DNA from: Bacilli bacterium
GTDB lineage: Bacteria; Bacillota_I; Bacilli_A; ML615J-28; CAG-698
Length of the DNA: 64,000 nucleotides
Assembly (NCBI GenBank): GCA_050953065.1
Contig: JBMNLZ010000003.1
Span: 480,001-544,000 of the forward strand
Direction of reading: 5' to 3'
Shown here: positions 27,667 to 36,266 of the stretch, piece after piece
How positions within the stretch are numbered: the first letter of the stretch is position 1
Layout of the letters: each line of letters begins with the position of its first letter
Program-made: the position numbers and the translations under genes
Notes under the pieces: model-generated
The model's input: the letters and a program-made list of their open reading frames with translations, nothing else
What the model was told of the DNA's origin: nothing
The model's database searches: none

Positions 27667-29961
27667 TTATTTTTCCTTTCTACTTTTTAATAAGGCATAT
27701 TCAAAAATTACCTTGTATTTTTTTAAACTCTCAATTTCAACATCTCTACGAACAAAAAGCTTTTTTAACTTATCTTTCTCTACTCCTTTTAAATTTCTTT
27801 CAAAAGAATATGAAAGATGAGGTATAAATTTCATAAATTCATAAATTGGATTATTTGATTCTAGTGCTCTTGCTAAACAATCATAAATCTTATAAACAAT
27901 CGACCTAGAAATTTGTCCTTCTTCAAGTTTTGCTTTATAATCTTCACTTTCTTTAATCACAAAATCTAGTTCACTATTATTTAGTGTAACATCAAAAATA
28001 GTAAAACTATTTTTTTCTTCTTTTGCTTTAGAAGCCTCTAAATATCTTTCAGCTTGCAATACTGCATATCTAATTGGCGACTTGGAGTTAAAAATTTCCA
28101 CCCCAGAACTTATATGAATGTCTTTATTATCTGAAACATAATTTTTCAATTCATCACAAATGTCTTTATTAATACTTAAGATTTCACTAGCAGGAGCAAT
28201 CAAAACCAGATCATCTCCTCCTGAATAATTGATATAGACTTTATCATTTCTATTCTTCTTCATCATATCATTAAGTTTCTTTGTAAAGAAATAATCTAGC
28301 GTTCTTGATAAAGTTAATACTTTTGAGAATGTTTTAAATTCTTTAGGTATTCCTCTATTAAAAATAAAGCCTAAATTATCAACATCCATTTTTAAAATAG
28401 CTAACTTTTTATCACCTATTGATTTAGCAGCTATTTCTTCAAATGAATTTCCATTTGCATTTAAATTAGCATAATACTTAGACTCACCTAATTCATTACC
28501 ATTGATAGTTACATAAAAAGCATCTTCTAATATCTCTTTAAATTCTTCAGCTATTTTAATTTGACCTAATTTCCCAAAATCAAGTTTAAACAACTTATCT
28601 CTTATAGAACCATTAAAAGTATATTCAACAATAAGTTTATTATTATGTACTAATAAGTCATTTAATTTAATATAATCTTCACAATCTTGACAACGTTCTC
28701 CATTTAAAGCTTCGTTGATTTCACACAATTCACAAACCTTGTTTAAAGCCTCGCCTACAAAAGAAACATCTTCTTTTTTAAATAAAGTTTTAAATTTTTG
28801 TTTTTTACTAATCAAAACTTTTTTATTATCAGGATGCATCACTTCATCATAAATAATATTGAAATCGTTTATATCGCCTTCATAAGTTGCAAATGCAAAA
28901 GACAATTTACCTTTATATTTTTTAAACAATTCATCTTCAATTTCAAATAATGTTTTTTCAATCACTTCATCAAAATTATCTAATTTAGGTAAAAGCAACA
29001 TCCCTCTACCACCAGCTGAAAACAAAATGTTTTCATATGATAAATTAAAGTCATTTAAAATCTTATATCCAATTAAGTCCGTTAAAAGTAATAAGAAAAA
29101 TGATCTGGTTCTTAAAGACTTAGCAATATCTTTTTTAGTTGCTTCACCTTCAGTAACTTTATAAATGTAATCTTGGGTTCCTGATAAATCATATTCTAAT
29201 AATACAAATTTTAAATCTCTTGATGCATCTCCAAACTTATAATTTAACGACTTTAAAGTTGCTGCTAAAGCTGCAGTAACTTTTAAGTGATCAAACAAAC
29301 TTACAGAAGATTTGTATTCTGGAAAATCTTTTACATAAGTTGCAGAAGGAATACAAGTTGTATACGATTTAAGCAATGGATATAATCTGTGATGAATTAT
29401 AAAATCATTTTTGTCTTTAATCTTTTGACATTCTTCTCTAAATTTATCGAATAACTCCTTATATTCTTTTTTTGCCTGATCCAAATTAGTTGTTTTTGAT
29501 TCACTAATTAATTTAAAATCATCAAGTGTTTTCAAATCCAAATATTTTGGACTAGAAACACTTTGCCCTTCTAAAGAAATCTCATTAAAAATACTGTTCA
29601 TTCTTTTCATAATGAAATCATTCTTATTTTGTTTATAAGCAATGTCTTCATCTACGTCTTCATCGACAGGACTTTTTCTATCATGTGCAGAAGCAAGTCT
29701 ATCTGCTTTAGCGACTTCCGATCTTTCATCTTTATGATGGTTAGCTGCTAAAGTATTAATACTTGTAAGATTAGGCAAGTTATTCAAAATAAATTTTGAA
29801 GTAAAAGCCGCATGCACATACTCTCCCATATTTTTGATAAACGTTTCGTCATAACTTCCTGCTTCTATTCTATCACCTGTTCTTTGATAAAATTTACCAA
29901 TATCATGCAAAAGTCCTGCTAATGTAGAATGCAAAATTTCTAATTTTTTTTCTCTCTCCAT
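27667..29961 (-). CDS. cas10: Cas10/Csm1 with intact HD and Palm (GGDD) motifs
   Basis: GLLHDIGKF, SLFDHLK, KMDVDNLG and YSGGDDL motifs. Confidence 0.97.
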   Translation of the reverse strand: MEREKKLEILHSTLAGLLHDIGKFYQRTGDRIEAGSYDETFIKNMGEYVHAAFTSKFILNNLPNLTSINTLAANHHKDERSEVAKADRLASAHDRKSPVDEDVDEDIAYKQNKNDFIMKRMNSIFNEISLEGQSVSSPKYLDLKTLDDFKLISESKTTNLDQAKKEYKELFDKFREECQKIKDKNDFIIHHRLYPLLKSYTTCIPSATYVKDFPEYKSSVSLFDHLKVTAALAATLKSLNYKFGDASRDLKFVLLEYDLSGTQDYIYKVTEGEATKKDIAKSLRTRSFFLLLLTDLIGYKILNDFNLSYENILFSAGGRGMLLLPKLDNFDEVIEKTLFEIEDELFKKYKGKLSFAFATYEGDINDFNIIYDEVMHPDNKKVLISKKQKFKTLFKKEDVSFVGEALNKVCELCEINEALNGERCQDCEDYIKLNDLLVHNNKLIVEYTFNGSIRDKLFKLDFGKLGQIKIAEEFKEILEDAFYVTINGNELGESKYYANLNANGNSFEEIAAKSIGDKKLAILKMDVDNLGFIFNRGIPKEFKTFSKVLTLSRTLDYFFTKKLNDMMKKNRNDKVYINYSGGDDLVLIAPASEILSINKDICDELKNYVSDNKDIHISSGVEIFNSKSPIRYAVLQAERYLEASKAKEEKNSFTIFDVTLNNSELDFVIKESEDYKAKLEEGQISRSIVYKIYDCLARALESNNPIYEFMKFIPHLSYSFERNLKGVEKDKLKKLFVRRDVEIESLKKYKVIFEYALLKSRKEK

Positions 29962-29962
29962 T

Positions 29963-31270
29963 CTATTCTCCTTTCGTTTTATTTTTTATATAAATATTTA
30001 TTTCTTCATATAAATCCCATTTAATTTGTTTTTGAATATCTTTATTACAGTATTCAAAAACTTCTTTAATATTCTTTAATATTGCCTTAACACTAATATT
30101 AAATTCTTTTTTTATTTTATCTTCACTAAAGCCTACAATTTCATGAGAAGATTTATTTCTGATTTTCCTTTCAAAGTCTAAAAAAGAATCTAGTTTTTTA
30201 CTATAAAAAGAAAATTTTTCTTTATCCTCTTTTATTAAATATTCAAATAATCCTTTCGCATTTCTAAAGGAAATGTATTCATTTTTTTTATCTAAATGAT
30301 TTTTTATATTAGAATACTTTTCTTCTAATTTTTCTACATCTATAAGATTTCTTTGTTTTTTAGAAGCATAATTAAATATGCTATCATTGAATTCTTTTTT
30401 TATGACCATATCAGTTAGTTCAACAAATATCGGAGAAATTGCTCTTGCAAAATCAGTCGCCAATCCAAGTTCATCTCTAATAGACAAATACAATATGTAT
30501 TCATATATTTTAGAAGTTTCTTTTCTTTTTATCGGGAAAAACTCAATTTTTGTTGGAATTTGGAAAGCTTTTTTATAGTTAAGAATTGATTTAAAATAGA
30601 CTTTATCAACTAAAGCTTTAGTTTCCTTGCCAAAAATATTTGGATGGTATTTCTCTACTATTGTTTTTGCTCCTAAATAATTGTATGAATCAAGCATCGT
30701 ATTAAAAATAGAAATTGTTGAAAACCTAATTAGATTAGGAAGTTTTGAAACCTCGCATCTATTTGGAGAATCTATTTCACCATCATAAGAATACTCTAAA
30801 ACTTCTTTACCCGTTGTCACTTTAAACATTTCTTTATTGTCATCTTTATGTGTACTTTCTTTAATATTTTTATTTACTTTCATGTAAATAAAAGGATGAT
30901 GAATATGAACACTAATCAATTCCAGTGAAGCAATCATTTGAGGAGTTCCTGATGTAATATTTAATATCACTTCGCTCTCAGGGTATTTATCAATTATATC
31001 TTTTAACGTTTTTTCAATATCATCATCAATTATTCCCTCTTCATTAGGTTTTGTTAAATCAGGTCTTTCAATTCTAATAACTTGGATTTTTGGATTTAAT
31101 TCTTTTAAAGCCTCATCAATTATATTATTTGGATCTCTATCTATAGCATCCTTTGAATAATACAAATACGCTTTGTCTATATGGTTGTGTCTTACTATAT
31201 GTAAAATTGCACCATCTCTACAATTTGAAATTGGATCAGTCATACCAACAAAACTAAATAATATTTTCAT
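29963..31270 (-). CDS. csm6: Csm6 CARF-HEPN ribonuclease
   Basis: ILFSFVGMTDP..DGAILHIVRH, LNITSGTPQM (CARF) and HEPN RNKSSH motifs. Confidence 0.92.
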   Translation of the reverse strand: MKILFSFVGMTDPISNCRDGAILHIVRHNHIDKAYLYYSKDAIDRDPNNIIDEALKELNPKIQVIRIERPDLTKPNEEGIIDDDIEKTLKDIIDKYPESEVILNITSGTPQMIASLELISVHIHHPFIYMKVNKNIKESTHKDDNKEMFKVTTGKEVLEYSYDGEIDSPNRCEVSKLPNLIRFSTISIFNTMLDSYNYLGAKTIVEKYHPNIFGKETKALVDKVYFKSILNYKKAFQIPTKIEFFPIKRKETSKIYEYILYLSIRDELGLATDFARAISPIFVELTDMVIKKEFNDSIFNYASKKQRNLIDVEKLEEKYSNIKNHLDKKNEYISFRNAKGLFEYLIKEDKEKFSFYSKKLDSFLDFERKIRNKSSHEIVGFSEDKIKKEFNISVKAILKNIKEVFEYCNKDIQKQIKWDLYEEINIYIKNKTKGE

Positions 31271-31305
31271 ATGTCCTCTTTTTTTAAAAAAATCTACTTT
31301 ATTAC

Positions 31306-31439
31306 ATTATAATACAAAACTAACATTTTAAAAAGATAAAAAACAAAAATCTTTTTGTTCCCATTATGGAGTTAATTTAATACTTATTAGCTTTTTTGGT
31401 TCCTATTGTATGGACTTTTTAAAATAGATAATGTATAAT
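31306..31439. promoter_or_regulatory. Divergent csm6/WYL promoter region with two related operator-like sites
   Basis: Plus strand TGGACT-N17-TATAAT (31411-31439) and a minus-strand TATAAT at 31311-31306. Sites GTTCCCATTATGGAGTT (31357) and GTTCCTATTGTATGGACTT (31399). Confidence 0.55.
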
Positions 31440-31471
31440 CAAATTATCTTTTAAAAAAGAAGGTGTAATTT

Positions 31472-32518
31472 ATGGGATTTATAATTTTAACCGATAATAA
31501 TAAACAACATCTTAATCTCTCTAAAGAGGCTTGGCTTTGTATTGATGATGATATCAATAATTTTACAAATCCTAGAAACAAGAAAAATCTATCAGGATTT
31601 TTAAATACTGTTTTTAATAATTTTTATAGAGAAGCTAATGCTTCTATCTCAATCAGAATAACTAATTATCAGGATGAGTTAAATAATATCTTAAAGCCAT
31701 TTGAAATTGGAATTGAAAGTAATATACTTTTTACCTTAAAAGAAAAATTAATCGAAAACGAAACGTTTAAATTAAAACAAAATATTTCTCAAATTAAGGG
31801 TGAAGGCAGAAAATTTAGAATTAATAATGATAATTTAAAAATTCTAGAAGATTCTCATGAGAATCTTTTTTACGATAATTCCTTAGGGCTTTACTTAAAA
31901 GCGATATTTGAGGAATACACTAAAAAACCATATTATTTAAGAGAACAAATTTATTTTAAAGAACACATTGATAAAATCAATTATAGTCTTAAAAATAATC
32001 AAATGATAAAAATAACTTTAATAAATAACGTTAAATTTTGGGTTTCACCATTTTCATTAGAAACCGAAAAAACTCAAACCTTTAATTATTTAATTGGAGT
32101 TGCTAGAGAATTTAATAAAAATCAAACTCCACCTAAAACAATCTCTTCGTTTAGATTGTCAAAAATCAAAGACATTTATATTAGTGAAAGAAAATCAAAT
32201 ATTTCAAATCAATTGAAAAACTCTATATCAAAACAACTAAATAATAGTGGACCACAATTTATGAGTTCCACTGAATGTTTAATAAAAGTAAAGTTAACTG
32301 AAAAAGGAAAAAAGAAATACTCCAGTCAAATATATATGAGACCAACATATACAAAAATTGAGGATGATATCTATTATTTTTATGCAACTGAAACTCAAAT
32401 AATTTATTATTTTTTTAAATTTGGTAACGATGCTTTAATAATCGAACCAATTGCTTTAAAAAAATATTTAGAAAAATTTTATTATGAATCATATATAGCT
32501 TATAAAGAAATAAAATAA
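31472..32518 (+). CDS. WYL-domain protein (WYL1-like, probable N-terminal RHH elements)
   Basis: VSPF..FNYLIG..SFRLSKI WYL core, KVKLTEKG..MRP and YYFFKFG C-terminal motifs. Confidence 0.85.
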   Translation: MGFIILTDNNKQHLNLSKEAWLCIDDDINNFTNPRNKKNLSGFLNTVFNNFYREANASISIRITNYQDELNNILKPFEIGIESNILFTLKEKLIENETFKLKQNISQIKGEGRKFRINNDNLKILEDSHENLFYDNSLGLYLKAIFEEYTKKPYYLREQIYFKEHIDKINYSLKNNQMIKITLINNVKFWVSPFSLETEKTQTFNYLIGVAREFNKNQTPPKTISSFRLSKIKDIYISERKSNISNQLKNSISKQLNNSGPQFMSSTECLIKVKLTEKGKKKYSSQIYMRPTYTKIEDDIYYFYATETQIIYYFFKFGNDALIIEPIALKKYLEKFYYESYIAYKEIK

Positions 32519-32552
32519 TATTTAAAAGTAAAATCTAAAAAAAATTATTGAT

Positions 32553-32587
32553 ATAAAAATGTCTACTTAAATAGTAGACATTTTTAT
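32553..32587. terminator. Bidirectional terminator between the convergent WYL and ruvB-like genes
   Basis: ATAAAAATGTCTACT/AGTAGACATTTTTAT perfect inverted repeat. Confidence 0.8.
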
Positions 32588-32590
32588 TGT

Positions 32591-33904
32591 TTACTTCATA
32601 TAATTAACAACTGCCTCAGTTGCAACTCTACCCTTTGGTGTTTTCCTAATAAAACCAATTGCCATTAAGTATGGTTCATGTTGGTTTTCAACTGTTTGGA
32701 CACTTTCACCAAGCATTGTTGCGATAGTTTCAAGTCCAACCGGACTTCCTTTATATTCATTAATTAAAATATTTAAAATATCTCTATCAGTTGCATCTAA
32801 CCCTAAATCATCAATCTTACGCTCTTTAAAATACATCTCAACAATCATTTCAGTAATTGTTGTTGATTTTAAAACTTGTGTTTTATCTCTAATTCCTTTT
32901 AAGTACTTATTAGCAATTCTAGGGACACCTTTACTTCTCTTAGCAATTGCTTCAATTGCCTTATCTTCAATCTCAAAACCAAATTCACCTTTAGCATTTT
33001 TTAGTTTTGTTGCGCTGTTTTTAATTAATTGAGTTAATTCTTCTATTGAACAAAGAGATAATTTATACTGTAAAGCAAAACGATCTCTAAATGGTTTTTC
33101 TAATAAACCTAAATGATTGGTTGCACCAATCAAAGTAAATTTAGGTAACTTGATAAATTCATTTATAACATCTTTTTTTTCTTTTTTAAAATAAGAAATA
33201 GAATAACTTTCTAAAGCAGTATAAATAGCCTCAGCTGCAGCTTTATTAATTCTATGAATTTCATCAATAAAAATGATATCACCTTCACTTATATTAGAGA
33301 TCACCTGAACAAAACTATTAACATCTTTTATTGCAGGTCCGTTCATTATGACAATGTTGGCATCCATTTCACTAGCTATTACTTTAGCAAGTGTTGTTTT
33401 ACCAAGACCAGCTGGACCATAAACCATAATATGTTCTAAAGTATCATGTCTTTGCTTAGCAGCAATGATTGCTTCTTTTAAAGACTTAACTACTTGAGTT
33501 TGACCAATAAACTCAGATAATTTCTTAGGTCTTAAAATATCTCTATCATCTAAATAAATATTTTTACTTTTATTTTTAGATTTTTGTTTTTTGATTAGAA
33601 GTTTATTATAAAGTTCTAATTGAGTATCAAGTCTAGTATGTTCTTTTTTTAAAGGTTTAATTAGTTTTCTAGATAAACCCTTTTCTTTTATAACTTTATC
33701 TATTTCTAAAAATGAAGTAATAGTTTTACTTAAATCTTTTTTTAGTTTCAAAGGAATATTTGAAACTAAAATATTATTTAAGTTTTGAACAATATTCATC
33801 AGATTTTCTAAAACTTTCTTTTCATTTTTTGATTTTATATCTTTAATCATTAAAACAATTAAATCTTTACTATTAAGATATAAAGCTTCTACTGTTAAAG
33901 GCAT
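32591..33904 (-). CDS. ruvB: RuvB-like Holliday-junction AAA+ ATPase with an N-terminal extension of about 115 aa
   Basis: LRPKKLSEFIGQ, GPAGLGKTT, IFIDEIH, FTLIGAT, FRDRF, GVPRIAN and EPYL..TPKGR motifs. Confidence 0.85.
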   Translation of the reverse strand: MPLTVEALYLNSKDLIVLMIKDIKSKNEKKVLENLMNIVQNLNNILVSNIPLKLKKDLSKTITSFLEIDKVIKEKGLSRKLIKPLKKEHTRLDTQLELYNKLLIKKQKSKNKSKNIYLDDRDILRPKKLSEFIGQTQVVKSLKEAIIAAKQRHDTLEHIMVYGPAGLGKTTLAKVIASEMDANIVIMNGPAIKDVNSFVQVISNISEGDIIFIDEIHRINKAAAEAIYTALESYSISYFKKEKKDVINEFIKLPKFTLIGATNHLGLLEKPFRDRFALQYKLSLCSIEELTQLIKNSATKLKNAKGEFGFEIEDKAIEAIAKRSKGVPRIANKYLKGIRDKTQVLKSTTITEMIVEMYFKERKIDDLGLDATDRDILNILINEYKGSPVGLETIATMLGESVQTVENQHEPYLMAIGFIRKTPKGRVATEAVVNYMK

Positions 33905-33915
33905 TTAATCTCTCC

Positions 33916-34548
33916 TTATTTTAAATTAATGATTTCTTTATAAGCATTTAACTTTTCTTTATCAAAACAATTAATCATAAATTCTTTTAAATTCATAATT
34001 TTTGAATAATTATCTTTATTTAACTTTTTACCATATTGATTGTATTCAGCTTGAATTAAAAATGTATGAGTATATATTTTAATTCTTTTCTTTAAGATAT
34101 TAGATAAAGATTCTTTATAAGAAGAACACTGAGTTACTTTTTCATGGAATTGATAATTAGCATTTTCAGTAGTTCTATTAAAACTAAATTCAATAATAAT
34201 TATATTATTAGAATTTAATAATAAATAATCTATTCTACTTGTTGTATATGGAATATGATATTCAGCAATAATACTAGTTTCGTTTAAATATTTTTCTTCT
34301 AAATTATCAATTAAACTAAAAATAATATTAATACTATCCATCCATGAAACAACTTCTGTCTCACAAACATCTAATCCTTGTTTACTAGCATATTCTTTTA
34401 GATTAATAAAGTATTGATAATCTTTTATTCTTTTAACTCTATCATCTAACCCCATATCACGGATTTGCCAGGTAACTGAACCTTCTTGTAATTTAGAAAT
34501 AGCCTTTTTAAATTCTATTAAATTTTCATATGCAAATAAACATTTCAT
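33916..34548 (-). CDS. Hypothetical protein with PD-(D/E)XK-like motif
   Basis: EVVSWMDSI and AEYHIPYTTSRIDYLLL..IIIIEFS, resembling the N-terminal nuclease-like region of DUF2075 proteins. Confidence 0.55.
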   Translation of the reverse strand: MKCLFAYENLIEFKKAISKLQEGSVTWQIRDMGLDDRVKRIKDYQYFINLKEYASKQGLDVCETEVVSWMDSINIIFSLIDNLEEKYLNETSIIAEYHIPYTTSRIDYLLLNSNNIIIIEFSFNRTTENANYQFHEKVTQCSSYKESLSNILKKRIKIYTHTFLIQAEYNQYGKKLNKDNYSKIMNLKEFMINCFDKEKLNAYKEIINLK

Positions 34549-34655
34549 TTATTTATGCCTTTCAATTTTTATAAAAAACTATATAATAACTTCTTAAATT
34601 ATAACATAATCTAATATTTTTATAAAGTTTATTTAAACTATCTAATCTTCAATAA

Positions 34656-36041
34656 CTAAACTTGTGGAAACACTTTTTTCATTAATCCTTTTAAAATAAC
34701 TAAAACTAACAATATAAGATAACAAGCAATTCTAATTTCTGGTACTACTTTCCCATATAAAAAGCTATAATATATATTAATCCCCGTATGTCCAAGCACA
34801 ACTACAGCAATATCAAAAATCATTAAAATTATAAGAAGACTAATAATTGTTTTCTTTTTTTCTAGCCTTTCAAAATTAGCATATTTTTGCCAGATTACCA
34901 ATCCTATTAATTCAAACATTATTAAAACATATGGCCACATATTTAAAACCACATCAATTGAATAAGTCAACACAACAAATGAATATATAAAATAATTTAT
35001 ACTCATACTTGCTAGATATATAAAATATAAAAGCGTTCCAATAATTATTGTTTTTTTAACATTAAAAAATATAAGCAAGACTAAACCTCCTAATATGATT
35101 AATGAATATACTATCTGCATTGTTAATACTACAGCATATGAAATATTAAAAGAATCCATAAGAGAAAGTCCAAACGAAGATATAAATGCATGAATAATAC
35201 TCATAACAATTCCTAATGTTACAAACAAAGTTTTAAAGCCTTTTTCTTTTTTATAATTAAAAGTTATTAAAAGAATAATCCCCCAAATCATAAAAACAAA
35301 CGAAAAACCCTTAAAGATCCATATAAAACCCAAGGTATTAAAAGGAAGAATTTTATTTAATATTAAATTAAGATGTTCTAATATTACTAATATAGCAGCT
35401 ATTATAATACCCTTCTTTTCTTTTTTATATATAAAATAAAACAATACCAAATGTAGAATTAAAAAATATATAAGTATTGCTTGTATACCAACAATGATTA
35501 ATAAATGAGGTTGACTAGGTAATCTAATCAAATATAAAACAAAAAGAATATCTAATGCTACTATAACAAAATATAAAAAAATAGCTAAAAACAGATTCTT
35601 TAACTTTTTATACTTTTCTAAAGTTTTAATTGTTTTTAAATCTTTTCTACTCATAAAAAGAAAAACAATAAAATTAATAATTAATAGTCCAGTTACATAT
35701 AAAAATGCAAAAGTTTTAAAAGCACCTAAAAAAGAAATAGTAACTGCGATAATTAATAAAACATTAATTACAAATAATATATTATAACCAATAATAAACT
35801 TCTTATCTTTTTTTTCTATTATTTCTTTATTATCATTTATTATCTCATAGTCTTCCTTTAAAAAGACTTCTTTTTCTACTTCAAATACACTAGCTAATCT
35901 TTCAATATCATCATCTGTTAAATTTAGTTTTCCTTCTTCCCATTTAGAAATAACCTTAGTTTTAACATTCATTTTTTTAGCTAATTCTTTTTGAGTCCAT
36001 AATTGATTAATTCTTAAATCTTTAATTATCTTAAAAACCAT
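34656..36041 (-). CDS. XRE HTH fused to a multi-pass membrane domain
   Basis: WTQKELAKKMNV..ISKWEEG HTH followed by roughly a dozen hydrophobic segments. Confidence 0.8.
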   Translation of the reverse strand: MVFKIIKDLRINQLWTQKELAKKMNVKTKVISKWEEGKLNLTDDDIERLASVFEVEKEVFLKEDYEIINDNKEIIEKKDKKFIIGYNILFVINVLLIIAVTISFLGAFKTFAFLYVTGLLIINFIVFLFMSRKDLKTIKTLEKYKKLKNLFLAIFLYFVIVALDILFVLYLIRLPSQPHLLIIVGIQAILIYFLILHLVLFYFIYKKEKKGIIIAAILVILEHLNLILNKILPFNTLGFIWIFKGFSFVFMIWGIILLITFNYKKEKGFKTLFVTLGIVMSIIHAFISSFGLSLMDSFNISYAVVLTMQIVYSLIILGGLVLLIFFNVKKTIIIGTLLYFIYLASMSINYFIYSFVVLTYSIDVVLNMWPYVLIMFELIGLVIWQKYANFERLEKKKTIISLLIILMIFDIAVVVLGHTGINIYYSFLYGKVVPEIRIACYLILLVLVILKGLMKKVFPQV

Positions 36042-36266
36042 TTCTTTTTTTCCTTTTTTTATATATTTTCTTTGTATAAAAATTATAACATAAAAACTCT
36101 TCTTTACAAAGTTAGTGTTTAAAAGAAAGAAAAAGCAAGATTTTTAAAACCTTGCTTTTAAAGTTATTCTATCTTACATTCTAGATAAAACATTATACTT
36201 TATTTTACTTTCAGTAACACCATATATTTTTTTTAAAATTGTAATTAGATTTAATAATTAATAAAT

